37,493 bases of DNA from Promethearchaeota archaeon (GTDB lineage Archaea > Asgardarchaeota > Hermodarchaeia > Hermodarchaeales > Hermodarchaeaceae), in NCBI GenBank assembly GCA_048938385.1, contig JBHLMG010000022.1, forward strand, positions 1 through 37,493. The letters are read 5' to 3'. Positions 1 through 8,729 of this stretch are shown here, one piece after another. The notes under the pieces were generated by a model. It saw only the letters and a list, made by a program, of their open reading frames with translations, made no database searches and had not been told where the DNA came from. Each line of letters starts with the position of its first letter. The stretch's first letter is position 1. Both the position numbers and the translations under genes were made by a program.

Positions 1-424
1 GGTGTCGAAATTCGACAGCAAATTCCCATTCATTCGGAAGCGTTTCAAGGAACGCTTCAAGGCTTTCGATCTGGCTGAACTCAAAAGATGGAGGAAGCTG
101 GAGTAGTAACGGGCCTAACCGGTGAGCTACTTTTAGAGGTGTCATTAGTTTAAGGTATTCTCGCATGCGGTCATCAGCCCCTTGGTTTATGTCTAGGCGT
201 AGTTTGTGAGTGATATCTTGGGGGACCTTGGCAGTGAAAATAAAATCCTCAGGCGCTCGGGACCAACCCGCCACGACTTTTTGGCTTGGAAAGGCATAGA
301 AGGTCGAATTGATTTCAGCTGTTTGAAAGATTTTACTAAAATAGAGGAAATGGTGTTTCTTTGAAGGGTAGAAGCTACCAATCCAATCTTCATATTTCCA
401 ACCTGAGGTGCCCATCCGAATCAA
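1..424 (-). CDS. DUF72 (YecE-like) family protein, 3' end runs off the window
   Basis: Not in the ORF track; translated by hand from TTG at 424 (ATG at 415): LIRMGTSGWKYEDWIGSFYP...AEINSTFYAFP...FIFTAKVPQDITH...LGPLLLQLPPSF...AVEFRH, which are the DUF72 signature motifs. Confidence 0.93.
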   Translation of the reverse strand, partial: MIRMGTSGWKYEDWIGSFYPSKKHHFLYFSKIFQTAEINSTFYAFPSQKVVAGWSRAPEDFIFTAKVPQDITHKLRLDINQGADDRMREYLKLMTPLKVAHRLGPLLLQLPPSFEFSQIESLEAFLETLPNEWEFAVEFRH

Positions 425-529
425 GAGATTACCCTACTACATCACGAAGATGGCATTTAATAGATATTTGCCTCTTCAATCAAAGTGAATAAGCAGAGTC
501 AATCTAGGGACAGTACAAAAAGACTGGTT

Positions 530-576
530 AAAAAAAGAGTTCACCAGCGGGCCACAACAATGGAGGCCCGCCGATG
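530..576 (-). terminator. Stem-loop followed by a U-tract, downstream of the 103-aa gene
   Basis: Minus strand reads CATCGGCGGGCC-11 nt loop-GGCCCGCTGGTG, a 12-bp stem whose two G.U pairs work only on this strand, followed by T7 (A7 at 530-536). Confidence 0.6.
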
Positions 577-614
577 TAAGGGGCTTCCTCATAGGCGCTT
601 TCTGTTAACCCGAA

Positions 615-926
615 CTAATGTGTAACCGTTAGTGTCGATAGGGCTTTGGCAACCTCTTCTTTTGCCATAATGCCACCGAGTACGTCGCCGATGATGTCGA
701 GGGTCTTCACCGGTTCGGCTCGTAGGCCACAGGTGAAGAGAGTTTCCAAACCCATATCGGTGGCTAGTAAGTCACGCATCATCAGGTGCAGAATCATCTT
801 CGCCTCTCGGGCTGGAACATTATTGGCGGCTTTAGTTTTGAGGAGTAGGTCTAATAGCGCCGTTGAGACAGTTTCTCGATGGTCTTTGGGGATGAGCCCC
901 ACGACCTTTTGGATTCCTTCACTCAT
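615..926 (-). CDS. Small all-helical hypothetical protein (103 aa)
   Basis: ORF track 615..941; likely start MSEGIQ at 926, preceded by a GGTGA SD; amphipathic helical pattern; own terminator hairpin downstream. Confidence 0.8.
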   Translation of the reverse strand: MSEGIQKVVGLIPKDHRETVSTALLDLLLKTKAANNVPAREAKMILHLMMRDLLATDMGLETLFTCGLRAEPVKTLDIIGDVLGGIMAKEEVAKALSTLTVTH

Positions 927-1141
927 AGTGATCCTCACCAAAGGGCGTATATTTGTGATACAGCCCTTACTGTATTATATATACAATAGATATATATAAA
1001 CTTTTAATGGTTGCCAACAATTTATTTTACATATGTAAAGGTCTTTCAACATATAATGTTAATATGGCATATAAGGCGGGGACAAAAAGCCAAGCTACAC
1101 TCAATGTGCAGAGCAACTTTCCAAGTAGTGAGAGAAGTGAG

Positions 1142-2314
1142 TCACTCAGAGTTCTTCTTTGGTGAACTGCGCGTTTTAGGTTTGGATTTCCTTCTCTTCT
1201 TTGGTGAGGGTTTTTCCCTCGACTGAGGTGTTATGGATGGTAGACGGTAAGTTTCCAGAGAACGCCAGATAGCACGTTCAGCAATGGTTGCTGCTGCAAC
1301 AGCGATCTGGCTGTTGCTTTGAAATACTTGTTCGAGCACGATGAGTCCTATTTGCCGTGGACCGAATAAGGCGCAGGATTCTGGTGTGAGATTAGGAAGC
1401 ATTTCTTCACAAATTTTGACAAGGTGCTGTTCCATTAAGCGTTCTGCTTGTTGTCGCATTGGTGGGCAAGTGCCCCCTTTATTTATCACCTCGTTAGCAA
1501 GTGTATCATTGCTAGTGAGATAAGCTTTCGAAGCGTCTTCGAGTAAACGGGTTGCGAATTGCCCATTTCGGAGTGCTAGTTTGAGAATATCCGATGGGCA
1601 GTCATGGTCTCCTAAAGCCAACACAGCGTTGGCAGTAGCCTTCGCGGCTTCAGCGGCGGTGTGGATCGCATGGAGAATGATGGCGTAATTAACTGCATCT
1701 ATAGCTGTTATATGGATACGACTCATTACATTAGGGTCTAGGAGTGCTCGGCGAATTTGTTTATTAACTAGATAGTAAAATTGGACTACATCTTCTTCAA
1801 GGCCAATAACGGTACGAGCCATGTTTGGGTCACGATTTTGCAGGGATTTCAGAGCATCCTTAATCATGGAGACGGCTATCGTGTGGGCTCGGTAGAGCGC
1901 GCGTTCCATATCCACTTCAGCAACTCGCGCCACATTGAGTAACAGTAGATGTGAAGTGCTAGATTCCATGATTTGATACCCCGTTAATAGACGGAGGTAT
2001 CTTCGAAGTCTATTGCGTTGATCAGAGGAAATAACCCCTTCTGATTTGATGAGGATTTCATCATAGTCGGTTAGATAGGCCGCTACCATTTGTCGCTCGA
2101 GTAGTCCTGGAGCCGTGTCAGGTTTAGTAGTTAGAGTGATGGTGCGGGGCTTTTCTTGAGGAATTGATTGAGGATATAGGGCGAGACTACCATCTGGTTG
2201 GGGGATTAACACAAGTCGACTTTCTTGATCAAGTTCGTACTTGTCTGCCCATTCTTTAGGAACTGAAACGACTAACGAGGTAGTTCCTAGTCGCATTACT
2301 TTTCGTATTTCCAT
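1142..2314 (-). CDS. Archaeal phosphate-uptake regulator (AbrB/MazE-like N-terminus plus PhoU domains) with a basic C-terminal tail
   Basis: N-terminal MEIRKVMRLGTTSLVVSVPKEW (RKVQ-x-G-x-S-x-x-x-S-LPK-x-W type), AAYL-x-x-YD-x-I motif and helical PhoU repeats. Confidence 0.88.
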   Translation of the reverse strand: MEIRKVMRLGTTSLVVSVPKEWADKYELDQESRLVLIPQPDGSLALYPQSIPQEKPRTITLTTKPDTAPGLLERQMVAAYLTDYDEILIKSEGVISSDQRNRLRRYLRLLTGYQIMESSTSHLLLLNVARVAEVDMERALYRAHTIAVSMIKDALKSLQNRDPNMARTVIGLEEDVVQFYYLVNKQIRRALLDPNVMSRIHITAIDAVNYAIILHAIHTAAEAAKATANAVLALGDHDCPSDILKLALRNGQFATRLLEDASKAYLTSNDTLANEVINKGGTCPPMRQQAERLMEQHLVKICEEMLPNLTPESCALFGPRQIGLIVLEQVFQSNSQIAVAAATIAERAIWRSLETYRLPSITPQSREKPSPKKRRKSKPKTRSSPKKNSE

Positions 2315-2452
2315 CGTTTTTTTCGCTCCTCGAACAACTATTAGGCATTAAAAGCAGAAGGTTCTTTTCCTTCAAAAACGCTCTGAAAGTTGAATAATCT
2401 CAGTAATACTTGAATGCTATTATCGATGAATGTTCCTGAGCCTTATGATTAA

Positions 2453-3115
2453 ATGAGATGGGTGAAAGGTATGGTGGCACCGTATAAGGATCGAGCAGAT
2501 GCGGGACTGGTGCTTGCGACCCAACTACAAGCCTTAGGGTTCGAATCCACTCCGCTCATCTTAACGATTCCTAATGGTGGTGTTGCTGTTGGGGTTCCCA
2601 TTGCGGGTGTTCTCAAAGCAGATTTGGACATCATTATTGTGCGGAAGCTCCAAATACCTCACAATCCAGAAGCAGGATTTGGTGCTATTACCTCGCTTGG
2701 ATCCGTGATACTAAATCAATTCCTAATTGCTAGGATTGGATTAACCCAGGTTCAAATTGATTCGGTTATTCATCAAACCCGGCAACAAATCAAAAGACGA
2801 CAGCAAGTCTATGCAAGCGTAGTGAAAAATTTGTCTCCTAATAGACGAATAGTCATTTTAATCGATGATGGGCTTGCCTCAGGGTATACAATGTTAGCTG
2901 CAATTGAATCTGTCCGAAGGTTTTCTCCTAGAAGGATTGTTGTGGCTGTACCCACTGCTTCAATGGAGGCTGCAGCCAAAGTTAAACAAGTTGTTGACGA
3001 CTTCATCTGCCCGCATATGCCATCAGGATTTATTTTTGCTGTTGCTAACGCTTATCAGCACTGGTATGATGTACCAGATGAGGAGGTTTTACACCTCCTA
3101 AATGAAACTTTGTAA
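2453..3115 (+). CDS. Phosphoribosyltransferase family protein (start may be ATG 2471)
   Basis: YKDRADAG...IPNGGV...VRKLQIP.NPE.GFGA and PRPP-binding loop VILIDDGLASGYTM, then VVAVP. Confidence 0.93.
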   Translation: MRWVKGMVAPYKDRADAGLVLATQLQALGFESTPLILTIPNGGVAVGVPIAGVLKADLDIIIVRKLQIPHNPEAGFGAITSLGSVILNQFLIARIGLTQVQIDSVIHQTRQQIKRRQQVYASVVKNLSPNRRIVILIDDGLASGYTMLAAIESVRRFSPRRIVVAVPTASMEAAAKVKQVVDDFICPHMPSGFIFAVANAYQHWYDVPDEEVLHLLNETL

Positions 3116-3132
3116 GGAAATGATGGCTTGCG

Positions 3133-3579
3133 CTAATAGGTGACCTTGATTTCCATATCATGGCTGGTGATATCAGGTCTTCCCTTGATTGCGATGACAC
3201 CTTTCAGCATCCAGGTTGTTCGTGCATTTTGGCTTTGGTAGGTTGGTGGAATCCCTGGGGGCAAATGGACCTGAAAGGGAATATCTTGAGACATTCCATC
3301 TGTGAAATCCATTTGTCCATGGACAGCATATTTACTCTGATGAAGTTGCTTATTCTGTTGAGCCGTGACGGTGATTGTTTGTTCGCCTTGTTTTTTCTGC
3401 TCCGTAGCCTGAGTCCATTCATTGACCCAAATTTCTAAACGGATTTCTTCAGCTTCAAATTCCTCAGAGGCTGATACATTCAGTGAACCATTAAGGCCTT
3501 CTCTGAGGCTTTGATATTCCTTATCAAAATTCACAGTTACGGTACCCTTTGGTTTCTTCAAACGGTCAAGAAAACCCAT
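3133..3579 (-). CDS. Single arrestin-N/Spo0M/Vps26-like beta-sandwich protein (148 aa)
   Basis: Beta-rich; the motif IPFQVHLPPGIPPTYQS...WMLKGVIAIKGRPD matches the arrestin-N F-x-F-x-LP-x-x-LP-x-S/T...Y/W-x-L-K pattern; likely start MGFLDRL at 3579. Confidence 0.75.
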   Translation of the reverse strand: MGFLDRLKKPKGTVTVNFDKEYQSLREGLNGSLNVSASEEFEAEEIRLEIWVNEWTQATEQKKQGEQTITVTAQQNKQLHQSKYAVHGQMDFTDGMSQDIPFQVHLPPGIPPTYQSQNARTTWMLKGVIAIKGRPDITSHDMEIKVTY

Positions 3580-3709
3580 AATTGGTATCCCCGTTAGCTT
3601 TGGTGTAGGCAAAGCCTAAGAATGCCTTTGAAAAATCAAGATAAAAAGCTAATTGTTTCCTTTATTGTACTAAAATGAGATTGCGATTTAGCGTAAAGTT
3701 AGTTACTGA

Positions 3710-4612
3710 TTATTTTGCAAATTGCATTAGAATACTTTCAGCGATTTGTTCACTGGCTGAATCTAGGGGGACAAGTTTGATGTCATGCAAAGAAGATGCG
3801 CCAAGACCTAACTCAATAGCCCGGGCTAATTGAGCTAATTCGAAAATTGAACCCCGCTCAACCTCATTTGTAGTTCCAAAGTGACGCAGGATTGCCACGC
3901 CGACAGCGTCTATAGCCACACGATCTTTACTAGCCAGTAGGATATTGGGTGTCACTTCACGGCCCATGGCAGGCCCACCCTTGACGAAGGCTTTACTTCC
4001 ATCCATTAAGATTAGATCTGGTTCGTAGGCAGTGTTAATTTCTGCAATCATCTCTCGTTGGGTTGGTGATCCATGAAGTTCGCCCATGTAATCGTATCCA
4101 TCCTGTGGATTGTATCGAGCAACCATGCCCACGCTATTTTTCAGAGAGAGAGTGAAGTGACCACCAAATTGGTGTGTCTTAAGGCAACAGGTTTGCACAA
4201 CTATCTCGGCATCGATGAATATGCGAGCCATAAGAAACCCCCGACTCCAATGGGAGTCTTCAACATCACAATGCACCCATCCGGCAACTGGTAAGTCATC
4301 GAGATTCTGAATTTTAAATTTCATTTTTTGAGCTAGTTCAGTGACCCCGCTCTTCGCTAGCACGAAACTGGTCTTACCCATGCCACTACGATCTCCTAAA
4401 ATGAGGTCGGAGACCCCGGCGGTTTGGAGTTCATTGATAAGGCAACGCAAGGTTTCAGGGTGAGTTTGAGCAGGAAAGGGATCAGCGCTGTTGTAATTCG
4501 GTTTCAATGCAACCTGTTTCTTGGCAAAGGCTTCCACTTTGAATTGTGCAAGTAAATCATGGATAGCTTGGCTACGATTATCTCCCTGCTTTAGAAATAC
4601 TTCAGATGGCAA
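3710..4612 (-). CDS. DUF362 family protein
   Basis: VALKPN, THPE, LKTH-x-x-G-x-FTLSLKNSVG, DLILMDG and ASKDRVAID motifs; TTG start. Confidence 0.9.
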   Translation of the reverse strand: MPSEVFLKQGDNRSQAIHDLLAQFKVEAFAKKQVALKPNYNSADPFPAQTHPETLRCLINELQTAGVSDLILGDRSGMGKTSFVLAKSGVTELAQKMKFKIQNLDDLPVAGWVHCDVEDSHWSRGFLMARIFIDAEIVVQTCCLKTHQFGGHFTLSLKNSVGMVARYNPQDGYDYMGELHGSPTQREMIAEINTAYEPDLILMDGSKAFVKGGPAMGREVTPNILLASKDRVAIDAVGVAILRHFGTTNEVERGSIFELAQLARAIELGLGASSLHDIKLVPLDSASEQIAESILMQFAK

Positions 4613-4704
4613 AATTACTACCGCCTTATTGGAATACCCTCGATGATTCCCACCATTCCTGATACACCCTCATAAAAAAGACTTGTGATTTTCGTTTATA
4701 ATTC

Positions 4705-5535
4705 CTAGTCAGCTGTCGGCGTTACTCCAAGCATTTCTAACAAAGTTTCTTCGCTGAGTAATCCAATACGCTTGGCAATTTTCTCCACGGCTTGGAGCGA
4801 TGGATTGGATTGCGGTAATTCGAGTAGTGATTTTCCTTGGAGGTTGTAATCAATTATTTGGTCATCAGAAGGAACAATGCCAGCTAATTCAAGCCCAGCG
4901 TCATTCAGGCGGCGTTCAAGTTCAGTTGCAGTTTGTTCGATTAGGTTAGGTGGAAACCGATTAGCAATAACCCAAATGCGCTTGAAGTTGATATGAACTT
5001 CTTTGGCAAGGTCTCTGATACGAATAGCTGCATCTAAGGCCATTTTCGAAGTATCAATAACGATAATGAGTACATCGACATTTCGATCAGTGCGCCGACT
5101 TAAATGCTCCAATCCTGCACTCATGTCTAACAAGGTGATGTCGTAATTCGCCGTAATTGTATCTAGGATCTGAGTTAGTACTCGGTTGACAAAGCAATAA
5201 CAACCCTCCCCCTCGGTTCGGCCCATGGCTAAGAAATCAAATCTATCCCCTTCAATTAGAGCATCGTAAACCTCGCCTTCTAGCCGGTCTTGTTTTGAAC
5301 TGCTAGCCGGAATGGCTCCCTCATCGATATCTTGGCGTAATTTGTTGGCGGCTTCTCCGACTGTGGTTTCAATTGGGACACCAAGCATGGCATGGAGATT
5401 CATAACCGGATCTGCATCAACCACCAGTAAGGCGTGTTTCGTATGATCCAGAAGCGTTCGTAGTAATAGTGTTGTGATTGTGGTTTTGCCGACTCCACCT
5501 TTTCCGGAGACTGATACAACGAGTTTTTGTCTCAT
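4705..5535 (-). CDS. cooC: CooC/AcsF-type nickel-insertion ATPase (CODH/ACS maturation)
   Basis: Deviant Walker A SGKGGVGKTT, DADP, Ni-binding GCYC and DMSAGLEHLSR. Confidence 0.9.
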   Translation of the reverse strand: MRQKLVVSVSGKGGVGKTTITTLLLRTLLDHTKHALLVVDADPVMNLHAMLGVPIETTVGEAANKLRQDIDEGAIPASSSKQDRLEGEVYDALIEGDRFDFLAMGRTEGEGCYCFVNRVLTQILDTITANYDITLLDMSAGLEHLSRRTDRNVDVLIIVIDTSKMALDAAIRIRDLAKEVHINFKRIWVIANRFPPNLIEQTATELERRLNDAGLELAGIVPSDDQIIDYNLQGKSLLELPQSNPSLQAVEKIAKRIGLLSEETLLEMLGVTPTAD

Positions 5536-5692
5536 TGGGGGTTCTCGCCTATTCTGACTGGTTTTGATACTTTGAAGAACTTAATGGTTTTGCATTACTT
5601 AGCGCTTTGGTTGAGTCTCAAAAGTATTAAGCGTGAATTATGTAGGTATTTGCCAGAAGGGTCCAATCTTATTCCCTTAAAGGTGACCATTT

Positions 5693-8611
5693 TTGGTTGA
5701 ATACGGACAACGACGGATTATTCGAATCGGCGGTCGACGACAACGATTTCTCATTGGATCTATCATTTTAATTGTCATCATACTTGTCGTCGTTGCCGGT
5801 ATATTTGGTATCCAAAACATGTTCCTTGATTGGAAAATGCTGGATGCAATGTATTTGAATAAAGCTGGTGTCTCATGGTGGGCCACCTATTCTCTGAATG
5901 GATTGCTATTCTTTGTTGGCGTTCCTGCCGCTCTCATTATCACACTAGCTGGAATGCCCCACGAATCCAAGGTTCTTAACCTAATTTGGATGAATGAACG
6001 AATTAGTAGTCGACGCTATCCTAAATGGTATATCGTTGTTGGATACAAATTCCTCCTCTTCATTCTCTCCTATGTTTTATTCACATTCGTTTTCATCGAG
6101 AACGCTCGCTATCTAGCCCTTCTCTTTCAATCTTCTGCATCTGGAGTTGGAAACTGGGGACAAATTGGAGATGCTCTAACCTTAATCTTCAATCCAATGG
6201 TTTCTGTGGATGTCGTCGCGAACTTGGTTGCCACCATCGAGGTTCAGTATTCAATCTTCCTGATCTATATGTCATTGATGTTACTTGTTATTGGAATACG
6301 AGTTGTTTTGGATTTAGTTCATTATTTTGCCCGAATTGGCCCATCTACCCGACGCCCTGAAGTCCGAGTGATTGCATCCATTTCGTTCCTAGCAGTACTC
6401 GTTCTTCTCTGGTTCCTCCTAACCGTACCCTATATGCGTGTAGATGTAGGTACTCAATTCTATGTGTTCCAACTACTCATACTCTTCATCTTTTCATCTG
6501 CTGTGTGTGTAATCACCTTTGGCTTGACTATAATTGGTCGCTTTGGTCGAGCTGGTGAAGTTCCACGAGTCAATAGGCGAGTTTTAGCAGGATTAGGAAT
6601 AATAACGGCTATTCTCATCATACTCCCCGCTGTATTCACAGGCTATCTTGTGGCTGGTCCAATTCAAGGGCAGATGTGGGAGCCTTGGCATTGGGATCCT
6701 CTCGTGACTAAGGAGATTGAATTTACTAATTGGGCGGGTGGTCCCAACATCAGTGAGATCCCCTACCAATCACTGGTGAATAATACGGGGGTCTCTGATG
6801 GACAAGTGCTTGGACATGCACGACTCTGGGATTTAACAGCTAGTCGTAATAAAATGCGAAGCCAGACAATAGCTAATTGGATGGCCCTTGCGGATAGTGA
6901 TGTTGTCTATCTCGGTGGGCGTGAATACTGGATTGCTCCATATTCTCTCGCACCACCAACCCGTGAAGATTTCCATAATCGCTACCTACTATACACTCAT
7001 GCAGAAGGCGCCACAGTCTTGGATGCTAGCAGCGCCACAGGGGAATTCCTCACTCCCTCCCAGGTTCAAAGCATTTTCAGCGTTGAAGCCAACTTCCCGA
7101 TCTACTATGGCGAATCACCACCTGAATACTTCAATGATGGCTTTGAAGGCTTCGTTCTAGTTGATACAAACATTGCACCAGAAACGGGGACTCATTCCTT
7201 CGAGGGTGAACCAGACTACATACTATCAGGAGCAGAACTCGCTCTGAAGAAATTGATATGGAGTATCGAAGATCTAAGCTTTGCATGGCTATCCTTTAAT
7301 GAACCAGTAGCCAAAGTGTTAATGTTACGTAATGCCGAAGAACGGGTCCAATCTATCCTTTTACCCTTCATGTACACTGACTGGGATCCCTATCTTGTCT
7401 TTGATCGTGCCAATCGAGAAGCCTACTACTGTGTACCTGTCTACAGCGCCTATCCCCTCCAACTCCAATACGCACAATCACCATACCTTCGACTGTTAGG
7501 GTTTGCTTTAGTGCATTGTGAGAACGGTGACATTACTTGGGTACGAAATCCAAACGCTAATCCAGCTGAATTCTTCATCGAATCGTTATACGAGAACTGG
7601 TATCCCTGGATAGATTCACCAGCATGGCTTATAGATCAGCTGCGATATCCTGAAGACCTTATCAATGCTCAACTTGCTGTGGACTTCTATTACCATGTTA
7701 CCCAACCATGGGTATGGCGTGCAAACGCTGATTTCTTCGAAAAGCCTGACAGCCAACCAAGTGTCCACTATGTCTTATATCCATACAATGGCAGCCTTCA
7801 TTGGGTCGGCTACCAAGCTGCCCGTTATGTCCGACATGAAGCCATGAAAATGGCAGGTTTCTACCTCTTCAAAAACGGACCTGAAGTCGGCACTGGAGTT
7901 TTTGCCCGTGCGGGAACGATTGATCCTGATACTGCAACACCTATCAGCCCAGTCTTCGGTGTCGATGCAGCAGTTGAAAGCTTCGAACAACAAGCACGAT
8001 CCGACCTGGTTCTTATTCAACCGTATCGAATTGGCAATAGACTACTCATGCCCCTCAGTGGTCGATTAGTGTACCTATTTCCAGTGTATGCAGAACAACC
8101 AGGCGACTCCTTAGTGGAAACGCTAACGTATGTGGGCATGGTGGATGCGGAAGACATCAACCAAGTTGCCTATGCTCCCACGGTCGCTGAAGCCTATGCT
8201 AAGTTCTTCTTTGGCTACAACCAAACGGTTACTGGAGTTGACTTCATCGAAACGAGTTTGAATCCCTTTGACATCGATGTAGGGGACTTTGCAGAAATTA
8301 GCTACTTAGTTAAGAATGGTAACACAACAAGCAGCGATGTCTCTATTCAACTTGCTATGCATACATCGAACTTTGATGTCTACTTCCACAGTTCTAATGT
8401 TACACCAATAATTCAGGGTGGCTTGAATGTATACAATATAAGCCAACTGCTCATGTATCCTCAAGATGTGAGCGGTGGCACTATTACTGTTCATGCCAAA
8501 GCCTTGGATGCAGGGATGCTCTTAGCGACTTACATTATCGAACTTCGGATCCTTGTTAACAATGTACACACTCAAACAGAGTACTTCTACCTGACAGTTC
8601 GTTCAACCTGA
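5693..8611 (+). CDS. UPF0182 family integral membrane protein with a C-terminal beta-rich extension
   Basis: About 7 N-terminal TM helices, then RLWD, LYTHAEG, IYYGE, DPYLV and LRYPEDL motifs typical of UPF0182; TTG start with AGGTGA SD. Confidence 0.88.
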   Translation: MVEYGQRRIIRIGGRRQRFLIGSIILIVIILVVVAGIFGIQNMFLDWKMLDAMYLNKAGVSWWATYSLNGLLFFVGVPAALIITLAGMPHESKVLNLIWMNERISSRRYPKWYIVVGYKFLLFILSYVLFTFVFIENARYLALLFQSSASGVGNWGQIGDALTLIFNPMVSVDVVANLVATIEVQYSIFLIYMSLMLLVIGIRVVLDLVHYFARIGPSTRRPEVRVIASISFLAVLVLLWFLLTVPYMRVDVGTQFYVFQLLILFIFSSAVCVITFGLTIIGRFGRAGEVPRVNRRVLAGLGIITAILIILPAVFTGYLVAGPIQGQMWEPWHWDPLVTKEIEFTNWAGGPNISEIPYQSLVNNTGVSDGQVLGHARLWDLTASRNKMRSQTIANWMALADSDVVYLGGREYWIAPYSLAPPTREDFHNRYLLYTHAEGATVLDASSATGEFLTPSQVQSIFSVEANFPIYYGESPPEYFNDGFEGFVLVDTNIAPETGTHSFEGEPDYILSGAELALKKLIWSIEDLSFAWLSFNEPVAKVLMLRNAEERVQSILLPFMYTDWDPYLVFDRANREAYYCVPVYSAYPLQLQYAQSPYLRLLGFALVHCENGDITWVRNPNANPAEFFIESLYENWYPWIDSPAWLIDQLRYPEDLINAQLAVDFYYHVTQPWVWRANADFFEKPDSQPSVHYVLYPYNGSLHWVGYQAARYVRHEAMKMAGFYLFKNGPEVGTGVFARAGTIDPDTATPISPVFGVDAAVESFEQQARSDLVLIQPYRIGNRLLMPLSGRLVYLFPVYAEQPGDSLVETLTYVGMVDAEDINQVAYAPTVAEAYAKFFFGYNQTVTGVDFIETSLNPFDIDVGDFAEISYLVKNGNTTSSDVSIQLAMHTSNFDVYFHSSNVTPIIQGGLNVYNISQLLMYPQDVSGGTITVHAKALDAGMLLATYIIELRILVNNVHTQTEYFYLTVRST

Positions 8612-8637
8612 ACCTTATTGCATATTCAGAAAAACTC

Positions 8638-8652
8638 TATCCGTTTCGGATA
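8638..8652. promoter_or_regulatory. Perfect inverted repeat TATCCG-TTT-CGGATA, candidate operator
   Basis: Read directly; about 80 bp upstream of the 8730 ORF. Confidence 0.4.
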
Positions 8653-8729
8653 TTTATCGGAATTCGTAAAGGTAAAATACAAGGTGTGAGAGGGCTAAAC
8701 AATTCACTAAAACTCCATTCTTTGGCAAA

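Noticed and set aside
2538-2550. GGTTCGAATCC, a tRNA T-arm look-alike
   Set aside because: Lies inside the PRTase CDS (encodes GFES); no acceptor, D or anticodon stems can be built.
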